A stretch of 64,000 bases of DNA, from the NCBI GenBank assembly GCA_963676835.2, contig CAXXFF010000001.1, forward strand, positions 384,001 to 448,000, written 5' to 3'. Numbering within the stretch: position 1 is the first letter of the stretch; the number at the start of each line of letters is the position of its first letter. Shown piece after piece: positions 20,188-28,847 of this stretch. The position numbers were made by a program, and so were the translations under genes. The notes below the pieces were generated by a model. That model was not told the origin of the DNA. It was given only the letters and a program-made list of their open reading frames with translations, and did no database searches. This DNA comes from Marispirochaeta sp. GTDB lineage: Bacteria; Spirochaetota; Spirochaetia; JC444; Marispirochaetaceae.

Positions 20188-20308
20188 AAAAAGCGTAGGC
20201 TATCTGCAGGTTCAAGTCAAATTGGCCGTAACTATAATACCCATTGGTTATAAGATTAAGGTTTATGCTAAGATCAGCGTATTCACACTGCACCGGAAGG
20301 TTTTTGAC

Positions 20309-20662
20309 ATGAAGACAACAGAGAGCTGGATCAGTAAAGACGGGTATGACACGTCACTGCTTGCAGATGCGGAGAGTCTCAACTCCCCGGGAACAGAAAT
20401 ACAGAAAGTCCGCTTTAACAGCGGTAAGTATGCCCATTTTCACAAGGAAAAAACCGAGTTTTTCTTCGTGATCAGCGGGTACGGTGAAATAACTGCGGGA
20501 ACGTCCACAACCGAACTCAAACCGGGAGTCAGCATAGTGGTACAACCGGGTCAGCACCATACCTTTATTGTCCCGGAGGGTTCACCGCCGGTGGAAGCAC
20601 TGATGGTGAAAACCAACAGCTCACCGGAAGATACCTACCCCGTGGTAAACCAGGTACAATAA
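20309..20662 (+). CDS. Cupin-domain protein
   Basis: HFH...EFFFVISG and PGQHH cupin motifs; likely start ATG 20309. Confidence 0.75.
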   Translation: MKTTESWISKDGYDTSLLADAESLNSPGTEIQKVRFNSGKYAHFHKEKTEFFFVISGYGEITAGTSTTELKPGVSIVVQPGQHHTFIVPEGSPPVEALMVKTNSSPEDTYPVVNQVQ

Positions 20663-20669
20663 ATAAAAT

Positions 20670-20690
20670 GCCGCCCGTAACACGGGCGGC
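20670..20690. terminator. GC-rich hairpin between convergent genes
   Basis: GCCGCCCGT-AAC-ACGGGCGGC, preceded by an A-rich run. Confidence 0.65.
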
Positions 20691-20724
20691 GGGCATGAGA
20701 AATCCTACACAGAAAGGATTGAGC

Positions 20725-22797
20725 TTATTTTTTAATCAGGTCCGCAAGCTGCGCCGGAGAAAGACCATACTTCTCAAGGAGCTGCTCATAAGTTGCTGAG
20801 TGTACAAATCGTACCTCTCCGGTCTCTCTGAGGGTATTAACAGCGGTAAAGTTCTCTGTTGAGATACTCTTCTTACTGAAGAGTGACTTCTGCATATTCC
20901 GCCAGATATACCCGTTATTCTGCTCGGCGACAATAACTTTCTTGCCGCTGTCATGGAGCATACTGATCATCTCATCATCGATGGTAGACATATCCACAAT
21001 GGCAGTCTTAACACCGCTGGCTATTTCAGCTGCCTTCATGGCCTCATATACTCCACGGCCTGAGCTTACGACATATACATCCGGATCCTTTGTTTCTCCG
21101 AAGATTGCCGCTTTTCCAAACTCGAATTTGTAATCCTTGTCATAAATTGCGGGAGTACCGGAACGGAGTATACGCAGATAGATAAGCCCCTTATTACCTT
21201 CCATAATCCATTTCATAATGGAAAGCAGCTGGTTGGGACAGCATGCATCAATAATCTGCAGGTGAGCAATTCCCTCGTAAACAATGGAATCATCGTTACC
21301 CATGTGGGTTGCACCGTTGGTTTTTGTCTCAAGGTTGGGAGCTGTGGCAAGGAAGGTAAGGTCAAGACCATGTCCTTCTGCAAGCCATCCGTCGGCTTTT
21401 CCGGCTTCAAGACGCTCTTCGTGGCTTACGGCAATTCTGCGCAGAACCTTCCAGTCAAAGAAGGGACAGAAGGTACTTACCCAGGCGTTATATCCCATGG
21501 CGGCGAAGGATTCACCGACACACATCATGTTTGCTTCCGCAATCCCCACGTTGATAGCGCGCTGGGAATCGACATAACCAACTCCCGCTTCAAGACTGCT
21601 GATAACAGCAAGGTCGGAGTCAACCGACATTACCCGGGGGTCCAGGGCAAAAACCTTCATGGACTCCTTTACAACATCCTGAGCGGATACACTTGCTCCG
21701 AGCTCGTATCCGGGAAGACTTGAGGGATTCCAGCTGATTGTCTTATCGCGCTTTGCAGCTTTTTTGATTTTTACTGTTTTTTTGCCCGGAGCGACCTTAA
21801 GGTCACCGGACTTGGAAAAGGAGACATCCAGATTCATTCCGGCACCAAGGGCACCGACATAAGCCCGGAACTCTTCCTGTTCCTCTTTGCTGGCAACAGA
21901 GTTGGCAAGGTTTTCGAGGTCTTTAACCCTTCTCGCCCGCCGGGCTTCCTGCATGGCAATTTCCTGGTCGGCAATAGCATCGGGAAAGTCAACCTTGTGA
22001 CCGCCCATAAAACTCGAAATACCGCCGAAACCTTTTTTACCGTTACATACAATAAGGGTTGGACGGCCGTCACGGTCACCGTACTTGAACTCTTTCAGTC
22101 CTTCAACCACAGTTTCGTAGCGGGTAGCATCCACATTGATAACCTTCCAGCCGAAACTTGCAAAAGCGTCATCAACATTGTGCATGGGATAGGAAAGCCC
22201 CTTGGTGCTGTCCAGCTGACCTTCGTTCTTGTCGATCATCACACAAAGATTTTCAAGTCTTTTTGCTCCGGCATACATTACCGCTTCCCAGACAACGCCT
22301 TCCTGAAGCTCACCGTCACCGGTAAGACAGTAGACATCTGCAGCTTCACCGCATTCAGCGGCAAGGGCAAAACCTTCAGCGACACAGATTCCCTGCCCCA
22401 GAGGGCCTGTTGCTGTATGGATACCAGGCAGGATTGAACCGGGATGTCCATTGAGAATGCTGTCTCCGGAACGGCTGTTCTTCAGCACATCCTCCGGGAA
22501 GTAGCCCAGATCGGCATAGATGGAAGCGAGGGCAGCAATGGCATGACCTTTACTGAGAACAAAAAGGTCCTGCCCCTCTGCCGTGGGGTTTTCCACATCA
22601 TAGTTCATTGCTCCGCTGTAGTAGAGTGAAACCAGCGGAATGGTTGCCGAAAAGGCTCCACCGATGTGAATTCCCCGGTCTACAGCAGTTTTACCCTGCA
22701 GCAGGGTAAGAAGCCGGATGTCGCTGTCTTTTATTTCAAGAAGTTTATAAACAGCTGCTTTAAACATCCTGTCAATTGCATTATCGTCTTGTATCAT
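20725..22797 (-). CDS. Transketolase-family TPP enzyme (single chain)
   Basis: HIGG, LSKGHA, GHP, TGPLGQG, GDGELQEG TPP motif, GIAEANM and GATH. Confidence 0.87.
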   Translation of the reverse strand: MIQDDNAIDRMFKAAVYKLLEIKDSDIRLLTLLQGKTAVDRGIHIGGAFSATIPLVSLYYSGAMNYDVENPTAEGQDLFVLSKGHAIAALASIYADLGYFPEDVLKNSRSGDSILNGHPGSILPGIHTATGPLGQGICVAEGFALAAECGEAADVYCLTGDGELQEGVVWEAVMYAGAKRLENLCVMIDKNEGQLDSTKGLSYPMHNVDDAFASFGWKVINVDATRYETVVEGLKEFKYGDRDGRPTLIVCNGKKGFGGISSFMGGHKVDFPDAIADQEIAMQEARRARRVKDLENLANSVASKEEQEEFRAYVGALGAGMNLDVSFSKSGDLKVAPGKKTVKIKKAAKRDKTISWNPSSLPGYELGASVSAQDVVKESMKVFALDPRVMSVDSDLAVISSLEAGVGYVDSQRAINVGIAEANMMCVGESFAAMGYNAWVSTFCPFFDWKVLRRIAVSHEERLEAGKADGWLAEGHGLDLTFLATAPNLETKTNGATHMGNDDSIVYEGIAHLQIIDACCPNQLLSIMKWIMEGNKGLIYLRILRSGTPAIYDKDYKFEFGKAAIFGETKDPDVYVVSSGRGVYEAMKAAEIASGVKTAIVDMSTIDDEMISMLHDSGKKVIVAEQNNGYIWRNMQKSLFSKKSISTENFTAVNTLRETGEVRFVHSATYEQLLEKYGLSPAQLADLIKK

Positions 22798-22957
22798 TTG
22801 ATCCTCTCTTTAGTCCCATCATAGAGCATAAAAACACTCTTGTCACCCTTTTTATGATCAATTACAGGCTTTTTGTGCTCAATTGTGTACAATCTATTGT
22901 TTTTTATAAAACAATCGCTATATTGACACCCTCTGCAACATAGAGGATACTTTGCAA

Positions 22958-23311
22958 ATGGCAGAAAACAGCAACGATCTTTTTTCACTTTATGATCTGC
23001 AGGTTGAAACTGTCCGCGGCGAGAAAGACTTTGTCTGTGCCCATGACGAAGGAGTCAACTTTACGGTTATTGGCGAAAACATCGTATTCCCGAAAGAATC
23101 CAAATTTTCACTTTATGCCCTTTCCGCACTGTTGCCGCTCCTTCCAGCAAAGCAGAGAGAAACTGCAGATACTGACTGGATGACCACAGACACAGACATA
23201 GCCTGTCCGGATCCCAACTGCGGTGCCCGGTTTCGAATTACCCGCATAGCCAGACGTTCCTTCAGCCATGCAGACTGCACAGTTGTGCCCCTGAAAAAAA
23301 CAGATAAATAA
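22958..23311 (+). CDS. TIGR04076-like small Cys-containing protein
   Basis: C.H near the N-terminus, LPLLPAKQR and CPDPNC; stop overlaps the start of the aldo/keto reductase. Confidence 0.7.
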   Translation: MAENSNDLFSLYDLQVETVRGEKDFVCAHDEGVNFTVIGENIVFPKESKFSLYALSALLPLLPAKQRETADTDWMTTDTDIACPDPNCGARFRITRIARRSFSHADCTVVPLKKTDK

Positions 23312-24372
23312 TGGAGTTTCCCTTGAATACCCGATATACCCTGAAAAACAGTTATACCTTCAGCCGCATTATCAACGGAGGCTGGCAGCTGTCCGAAGGC
23401 CATGCCCTTCAAAGCGCCATAGAAAGAGAAGATGTGCTGAAAGCCTTTCACCGGCTGGTGGAACAGGGATTTACCACATTTGACTGCGCAGATATCTACA
23501 CCGGAGTGGAAGAGTTTTACGGACAGTTTCTTAAGGAACATATCATGGCAGGTGGAAAGCGTGAGGACATACAGATTCACTCAAAGTATGTTCCGGACAG
23601 AACCATACTTGCGGAGCTTACCTCCCGGGATGTAAGGGATTCAATCGACCGGACGCTGCATCGCCTTGGAGTGGAACAGGTAGACATGATTCAGTTCCAC
23701 TGGTGGGAATATGATATTCCGGGATACATAGAGGCCCTGGGAGTTCTTACGGATTTACAGAAAGAGGGTAAAATTTCACAGGTTTCTCTTACCAACTTCG
23801 ATACACCGAGAACAAAAGAGATTGTAGAAGCGGGCATACCTGTTTCCAGCATGCAGGCTCAGTACAGCCTTTTTGACCGCCGGGTTGAAAACGGTATGCA
23901 GTCATTCTGTAGAGACAACGATATCGCCCTTCTCTGTTACGGAACCCTTGCAGGGGGATTCCTGACCAACAAATGGCTGGGCGCACCGGAACCAGAAAAC
24001 TGGGATAACCGTTCACTGGTTAAATACAGAATAATTATCAATGATTTTGGCGGATGGGACACATATCAGGAACTGCTCAGGCTGCTTGAAAGTATCAGCT
24101 CAAGCTATAATTGCACAATTGCCAATATTGCCAGCGCATATATTCTTCAGAAAGAGGCCGTAGGCGGAGTAATAATCGGAACCCGCAGCAGCAGGCATGT
24201 GGAGAGTAATTCGACAACCCTTGCGCTTCAGATGAAGACTGAAGATATACAGAAGATAGACACATTTTTAGCAGCCCATCCCGGTCCGAAGGGAGAACCC
24301 TTCGAACTGGAACGGGCGGAAGATGGTCCCCACATAAAGGTTATGCTCAGGAACCTCAATAAAGAAGCCTGA
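23311..24372 (+). CDS. Aldo/keto reductase
   Basis: GGWQL, FDCADIY, QFHWW, YSLFDRR and YGTLAGG. Confidence 0.9.
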   Translation: MEFPLNTRYTLKNSYTFSRIINGGWQLSEGHALQSAIEREDVLKAFHRLVEQGFTTFDCADIYTGVEEFYGQFLKEHIMAGGKREDIQIHSKYVPDRTILAELTSRDVRDSIDRTLHRLGVEQVDMIQFHWWEYDIPGYIEALGVLTDLQKEGKISQVSLTNFDTPRTKEIVEAGIPVSSMQAQYSLFDRRVENGMQSFCRDNDIALLCYGTLAGGFLTNKWLGAPEPENWDNRSLVKYRIIINDFGGWDTYQELLRLLESISSSYNCTIANIASAYILQKEAVGGVIIGTRSSRHVESNSTTLALQMKTEDIQKIDTFLAAHPGPKGEPFELERAEDGPHIKVMLRNLNKEA

Positions 24373-24377
24373 ATATA

Positions 24378-25760
24378 TCAGGCTTCCTCGTGTTTACGGC
24401 CCCAGCCGGTAATAACCGAAGCGAGCAGTACAAAAAAGAGGATAACCGGATAGATCATTCCCTTGGCAACACTTACAGGATCAAGACCCGCAAGGGCTAC
24501 GGAGATAAATACAAATACACTCAGGAAAGGAATAACCACCGGCAGTGTATTTACAAAACCGTCCAGCAGGTTTGCCCGGCGATAGGGATGAAGGCCCTTC
24601 TTCATACCGATTTCGTTTACAACAGGACCGAAGGTAAGAATTGCCGCACTGGTAACTCCGCCGAAGATCATACAGGTTACACAGGAACCGACGGTAATAG
24701 CAATTTCCGTGCCCCTGTCGGTTTTCGCCAGGCTTGATTTAAGAATGGCTTCAACCATTTTATCGATAGCCCCTGCGGCATCCAGAACACCCATAATACC
24801 GAAAACCGAAATTACCAGGGTAACAGTAGACATCATGCTGTTTACACCGGCAGGCAGAAATCCGGACACATGGTTTCCAAGTTCTCCGCTTGAAGCAAAC
24901 AGACTATCCACGGTAAAGATACCGGATACAAGGCCGGTAACAGTGCCCAGGATAAGTCCGACAGTAATAGCTTTAAACAGATCCCGGGTCTTTACTGCGG
25001 TAAAAAGGAGAGCCACCACAGGAATCAGCATAACAAGTCTGCGGGCATCTCCCATGGTTTCAGTGGACGATCCCATCTCTCCGCCGCCGCCGAGAATTAC
25101 ATAGAGAACAATGGCAATTACACCTGCAACAGCGGAATACTTGAAACGGCTGCCTACAACACCTGCAATATCCGCGGTTTCGCCGTTTTTAAACTGCTGG
25201 GTGGATGCGGAAGCAATGGTGGTATCCGAAATAGGAGCCAGGTTGTCTCCGAAGATACATCCGGAAGTTATTGCACCTGCAAGAAAAGCAGGATTCGCTC
25301 CGAGAACAGTACCTGCACCGAAGAATATCGGAAAAGCAGCAAACATGGTTCCGATTGAAGATCCCGTAGCGGTGGAGATAATACAGCAGGAGATAAATAC
25401 AAAAGCGGTAAAAGCTCCCCCTGTAAGGTGCATGCGGCTTGCAAGCCATACAAAACCTTCAGATGCATTGCTGTCTTTCATCATCTGGGAGAACATACCG
25501 ATTACAAAAAGAATTACCACGATGGTAACCGAATTGGGCGAAGCGATACCCGCGATAACACTCTTCCAGTAGGTACTGTAGTTCTTCACAAATAGTCCGC
25601 CGATAATCAGCCCCAGAAATCCGCCCATTGCAAGTGCATGCATGTCATAGGACAGAAATACCAGAAACAACAGTACACAGAAGACAAAAAATACAGCCAG
25701 CGGAATAAATGCCATTCCCCAGCCCCCGCGAAAGACTAATTTTTCTTTCTCCATAAACAA
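24378..25760 (-). CDS. NhaC-family transporter (probably amino-acid uptake)
   Basis: STATGSSIGT and GCIFGDNLAPISDTTI motifs; more than 10 TM segments. Confidence 0.82.
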   Translation of the reverse strand: MFMEKEKLVFRGGWGMAFIPLAVFFVFCVLLFLVFLSYDMHALAMGGFLGLIIGGLFVKNYSTYWKSVIAGIASPNSVTIVVILFVIGMFSQMMKDSNASEGFVWLASRMHLTGGAFTAFVFISCCIISTATGSSIGTMFAAFPIFFGAGTVLGANPAFLAGAITSGCIFGDNLAPISDTTIASASTQQFKNGETADIAGVVGSRFKYSAVAGVIAIVLYVILGGGGEMGSSTETMGDARRLVMLIPVVALLFTAVKTRDLFKAITVGLILGTVTGLVSGIFTVDSLFASSGELGNHVSGFLPAGVNSMMSTVTLVISVFGIMGVLDAAGAIDKMVEAILKSSLAKTDRGTEIAITVGSCVTCMIFGGVTSAAILTFGPVVNEIGMKKGLHPYRRANLLDGFVNTLPVVIPFLSVFVFISVALAGLDPVSVAKGMIYPVILFFVLLASVITGWGRKHEEA

Positions 25761-25796
25761 CCCCTCTATAATTTTTATAATTACCGTTACGGGTAA

Positions 25797-27023
25797 TTAA
25801 CTTGCCATTCTTTTCTCTTCTCCCAGCTGGATCAGAGCATTTCTAATACGTTTAAAAGCCTCTTCCGCCCGCTTATCGTCTGCAAAAGCGCCGGTTACTA
25901 TTCGCAGATAACCTTCACCATGCTCTCCGTATGGTACACCTTCGTTTACCAGCACCCGGGCATGCTCCAGAAGATAGGCAGCAACCTCGGCAGACGTGCC
26001 AAGTGCTTCTATTTTAATCCAGGTCAGAATGCCGCTTTCGGGCATCCTCATTTCCACTCCAGGTACGGAACTGAAAATCTCATAGGCCATGCGCCGCCGC
26101 CTTTCCAGCCGGCCGAAGTTGGATTTAAGAACCTCATCATCTTCAACAGCAGTAATAGCCGCCAGAGAACTTATTGTGCTAGGCGCACCCAGAATATTCA
26201 CCGCCCCGCCGTAGAGCACATCCATAATAACATCACTTCCGTAGATATAGCCAATCCGAAATCCGCTTAAACCAATTCCCTTGGAAATGGAGCAGACCGT
26301 CAAAGTCCGTTCCCACATTCCCGGCAGGGTTGCGGGGTGTACAAACTCTATTCCATCATAGATGTGATCTTCAAAAGCCTGGTCGGAGACCAGAATAAGA
26401 TCGTTTTCGATAACAAAACGGCTCAGAGCTTCCACCGACTCCCGGCGGAATACTGTTGTGGTTGGATTATTTGGATGGGTGATAAGCACCATCTTGGTCT
26501 TATCTGTAAGCCGCTTCTCAAACTCTTTAATGCGGATCTGGTAGTTATCTTCATACAAGAGAGGAACTGTGACGCTCGTTCCTCCTAGAAGCTTCGGGTT
26601 AAGAATATTACTGGGATAACAGGGCTCGGGAATCAGAACCTCATCTCCCGGTTCGATAAAAGGCATCATGGCATATATCAGCCCTGAATCTGAACCGGGT
26701 GAAACAATGATGTTCCTGCTAGGGTCAAGCTCCAGTCCGGTTTGCCTGCTCACCTTGTCCGACAGCGTTTTCCGTAAATCATACAGACCGATAGGCATGG
26801 AGTAATGGGAGCAGGTTCCTTCCTCTATAACCTGCTGCATTGTCTCTTTTACTGAAGCAGGCAGTGACGGATCGGGAAAAAACGGATCTGCCCAGGCCAT
26901 GATATCCACCCCCTGCTCCATGAGTTTCATGGCGCCTTCCCCCACGTCGGCTTTGGTTACATCTGAAAACAGCCCGCCTTCCAGGCTGCGGAAGCGGCTG
27001 TTCATTTTGCTGCGGATATTCAT
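25797..27023 (-). CDS. PLP-dependent class I/II aminotransferase
   Basis: PNNPT and SISKGIGLSGFRIG (PLP lysine). Confidence 0.88.
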   Translation of the reverse strand: MNIRSKMNSRFRSLEGGLFSDVTKADVGEGAMKLMEQGVDIMAWADPFFPDPSLPASVKETMQQVIEEGTCSHYSMPIGLYDLRKTLSDKVSRQTGLELDPSRNIIVSPGSDSGLIYAMMPFIEPGDEVLIPEPCYPSNILNPKLLGGTSVTVPLLYEDNYQIRIKEFEKRLTDKTKMVLITHPNNPTTTVFRRESVEALSRFVIENDLILVSDQAFEDHIYDGIEFVHPATLPGMWERTLTVCSISKGIGLSGFRIGYIYGSDVIMDVLYGGAVNILGAPSTISSLAAITAVEDDEVLKSNFGRLERRRRMAYEIFSSVPGVEMRMPESGILTWIKIEALGTSAEVAAYLLEHARVLVNEGVPYGEHGEGYLRIVTGAFADDKRAEEAFKRIRNALIQLGEEKRMAS

Positions 27024-27688
27024 TCCTTCCCTTCTCCTTCGATTTCCTTGTAGTAGCGGTACACTGACTGACTGGAAATATTCAGCCGTTTTGCAAGGAC
27101 ATTTACCGCACCTTTGATCTTGAACACACCCCTGTCGAACAGGATTCTGGTGAGTTCTTTTTTCTGTTTTGTATTTGAATTCTCAGGACTTATTCCCGAC
27201 TCAAGAATTACATTATCTATTACACCGTTTACCAGCTCATCCACGGAAAGATTGAAATGCTCCCGGCTGGCGGCAGCAGCGGATTCATGCACAGGGGCAC
27301 TGTTCAGTGCGGCGGCCTTGCTGAGAATATCCCTGGCCGTAATAAGATCGGTAATATCAATATTTACACAGAGAAGACCTATGAGCTCTTCTTGATTGTC
27401 CCGGATAAAATAGGTGGATGAACGGAGAATCCGGCCATCCCTGGTGGACCCCATATAGTTGACAATACTGTCTTTCTGCTGGTCCTGCCTTTCCATAATA
27501 AGGTCCAGAGCATAATCAGTAATTGTACCGCCGACTTGTCTGTCGGTAACATGACCGTTGACAATATGCACAATGGAGCTCTGGAGATTGCTTATATCAT
27601 GCACGATAACTTCACAGGTAGGCCCGTTGATTGCGGCAATATAGTCGGCAATACCGTAAAATTTCTGAAGTATGCTCTGAGAATCCAT
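27020..27688 (-). CDS. YheO-like PAS-HTH transcriptional regulator
   Basis: CEVIVHD, NGHVTDR, LRSST, LCVNID, and C-terminal GVFKIKGAV..LA..L.IS..SVYRY. Confidence 0.85.
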   Translation of the reverse strand: MDSQSILQKFYGIADYIAAINGPTCEVIVHDISNLQSSIVHIVNGHVTDRQVGGTITDYALDLIMERQDQQKDSIVNYMGSTRDGRILRSSTYFIRDNQEELIGLLCVNIDITDLITARDILSKAAALNSAPVHESAAAASREHFNLSVDELVNGVIDNVILESGISPENSNTKQKKELTRILFDRGVFKIKGAVNVLAKRLNISSQSVYRYYKEIEGEGKE

Positions 27689-27694
27689 TAATGC

Positions 27695-28069
27695 CTACTT
27701 TACACAGATGGCATCAATTTCTATTTTTACATCCTTGGGCAGCCGGGAAACCTCTACTGCACAGCGGGCCGGCTTGTGGTCACCAAAGAAATCGGCGTAA
27801 ACTCCATTCACCGCTGCAAAATCATTCATGTCGGTCAGAAATACCGTACATTTAACCACCGATTCAACAGTGAACCCTGCCTCTTCGATAATGGCCTTGA
27901 TATTTGCCAGAGACTGCTGTGCCTGTTCCTCAACGTTTTCACTGACCAGTGTCATTGTCGCCGGAACAAAGGGTATCTGACCCGACACATACAGGGTATT
28001 ACCGGCAAGAACTGCCTGTGAATATGGTCCGACTGCTGCCGGGGCTTTTTCGGTATGGATATAGTTCAT
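27695..28069 (-). CDS. ridA: RidA-family reactive enamine/imine deaminase
   Basis: APAAVGPYSQA, SGQIP, PAR and LPKDVKIEID. Confidence 0.92.
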   Translation of the reverse strand: MNYIHTEKAPAAVGPYSQAVLAGNTLYVSGQIPFVPATMTLVSENVEEQAQQSLANIKAIIEEAGFTVESVVKCTVFLTDMNDFAAVNGVYADFFGDHKPARCAVEVSRLPKDVKIEIDAICVK

Positions 28070-28172
28070 TGTTTAACTCTCCCTCTGATTGCTGGAATAT
28101 ATAATCATACTACCCAGCTGATTGAGAATTAATCAACACTTTACATTATTATTTGAGAATATTTTCTTATTT

Positions 28173-28820
28173 TTATTGAATATTTTGTAATCTGACCGGA
28201 TAGAGCACCCGTATTCCATTCAGGTTACGCCCTGGTCCGGAGCCGTACTTGTCGCTGATATTGTAGACCTCATTAAAACGGTGCTCCCCGGGAAACTCCG
28301 GGTCCAGCATGAGAAAACCGTCATCGTCATAACCGGTAAGCACAACATAATGAGGAGCCCCGCGATACAGAACCTCACCGATAACAGGAATACTTCTGTC
28401 CAGATAATAACGGACAAGGATTAGATCCGCCGGTACTGCCCGCCAGTTAAAGCGGGTATACACATAGCCTTTACCGTATCGGGTTAGGGCCGGCCAGTTC
28501 ATAACAACTTTGCCGAGACTGGTATTCCTGTCCGGATCATCTTCAAAGCCGCTGTTGGCTTTCAGCCAGCGGTTCATTCGGGAAGGATTCAGAGTGTCAT
28601 TTTCAAAATGAGAATAGACCATTGAAACCGCAGTAAGGGCACACCCGTGGGTGCGGATTGTGGCGGAGGAACCGAACCCGAGTTTTTCTTCAGCCCAGGG
28701 GGCATCTTTTCCCTGGGTATAGTAGGGCACAGGAACAGGACCTGCGTCGGAAAAGAGGAAGATCGATACAGACAGTATAAAAAACAGTGAAAAAGAGACC
28801 TGTTTATGCATTGGAATCAA
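28173..28820 (-). CDS. Secreted C39-like cysteine peptidase
   Basis: Signal peptide, YYTQ, GCALTAVSMV (Cys), HYVVLTGY (His) and DP. Confidence 0.75.
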   Translation of the reverse strand: MIPMHKQVSFSLFFILSVSIFLFSDAGPVPVPYYTQGKDAPWAEEKLGFGSSATIRTHGCALTAVSMVYSHFENDTLNPSRMNRWLKANSGFEDDPDRNTSLGKVVMNWPALTRYGKGYVYTRFNWRAVPADLILVRYYLDRSIPVIGEVLYRGAPHYVVLTGYDDDGFLMLDPEFPGEHRFNEVYNISDKYGSGPGRNLNGIRVLYPVRLQNIQ

Positions 28821-28847
28821 GATAGCACTCCAGCCGGGATATCTCCA

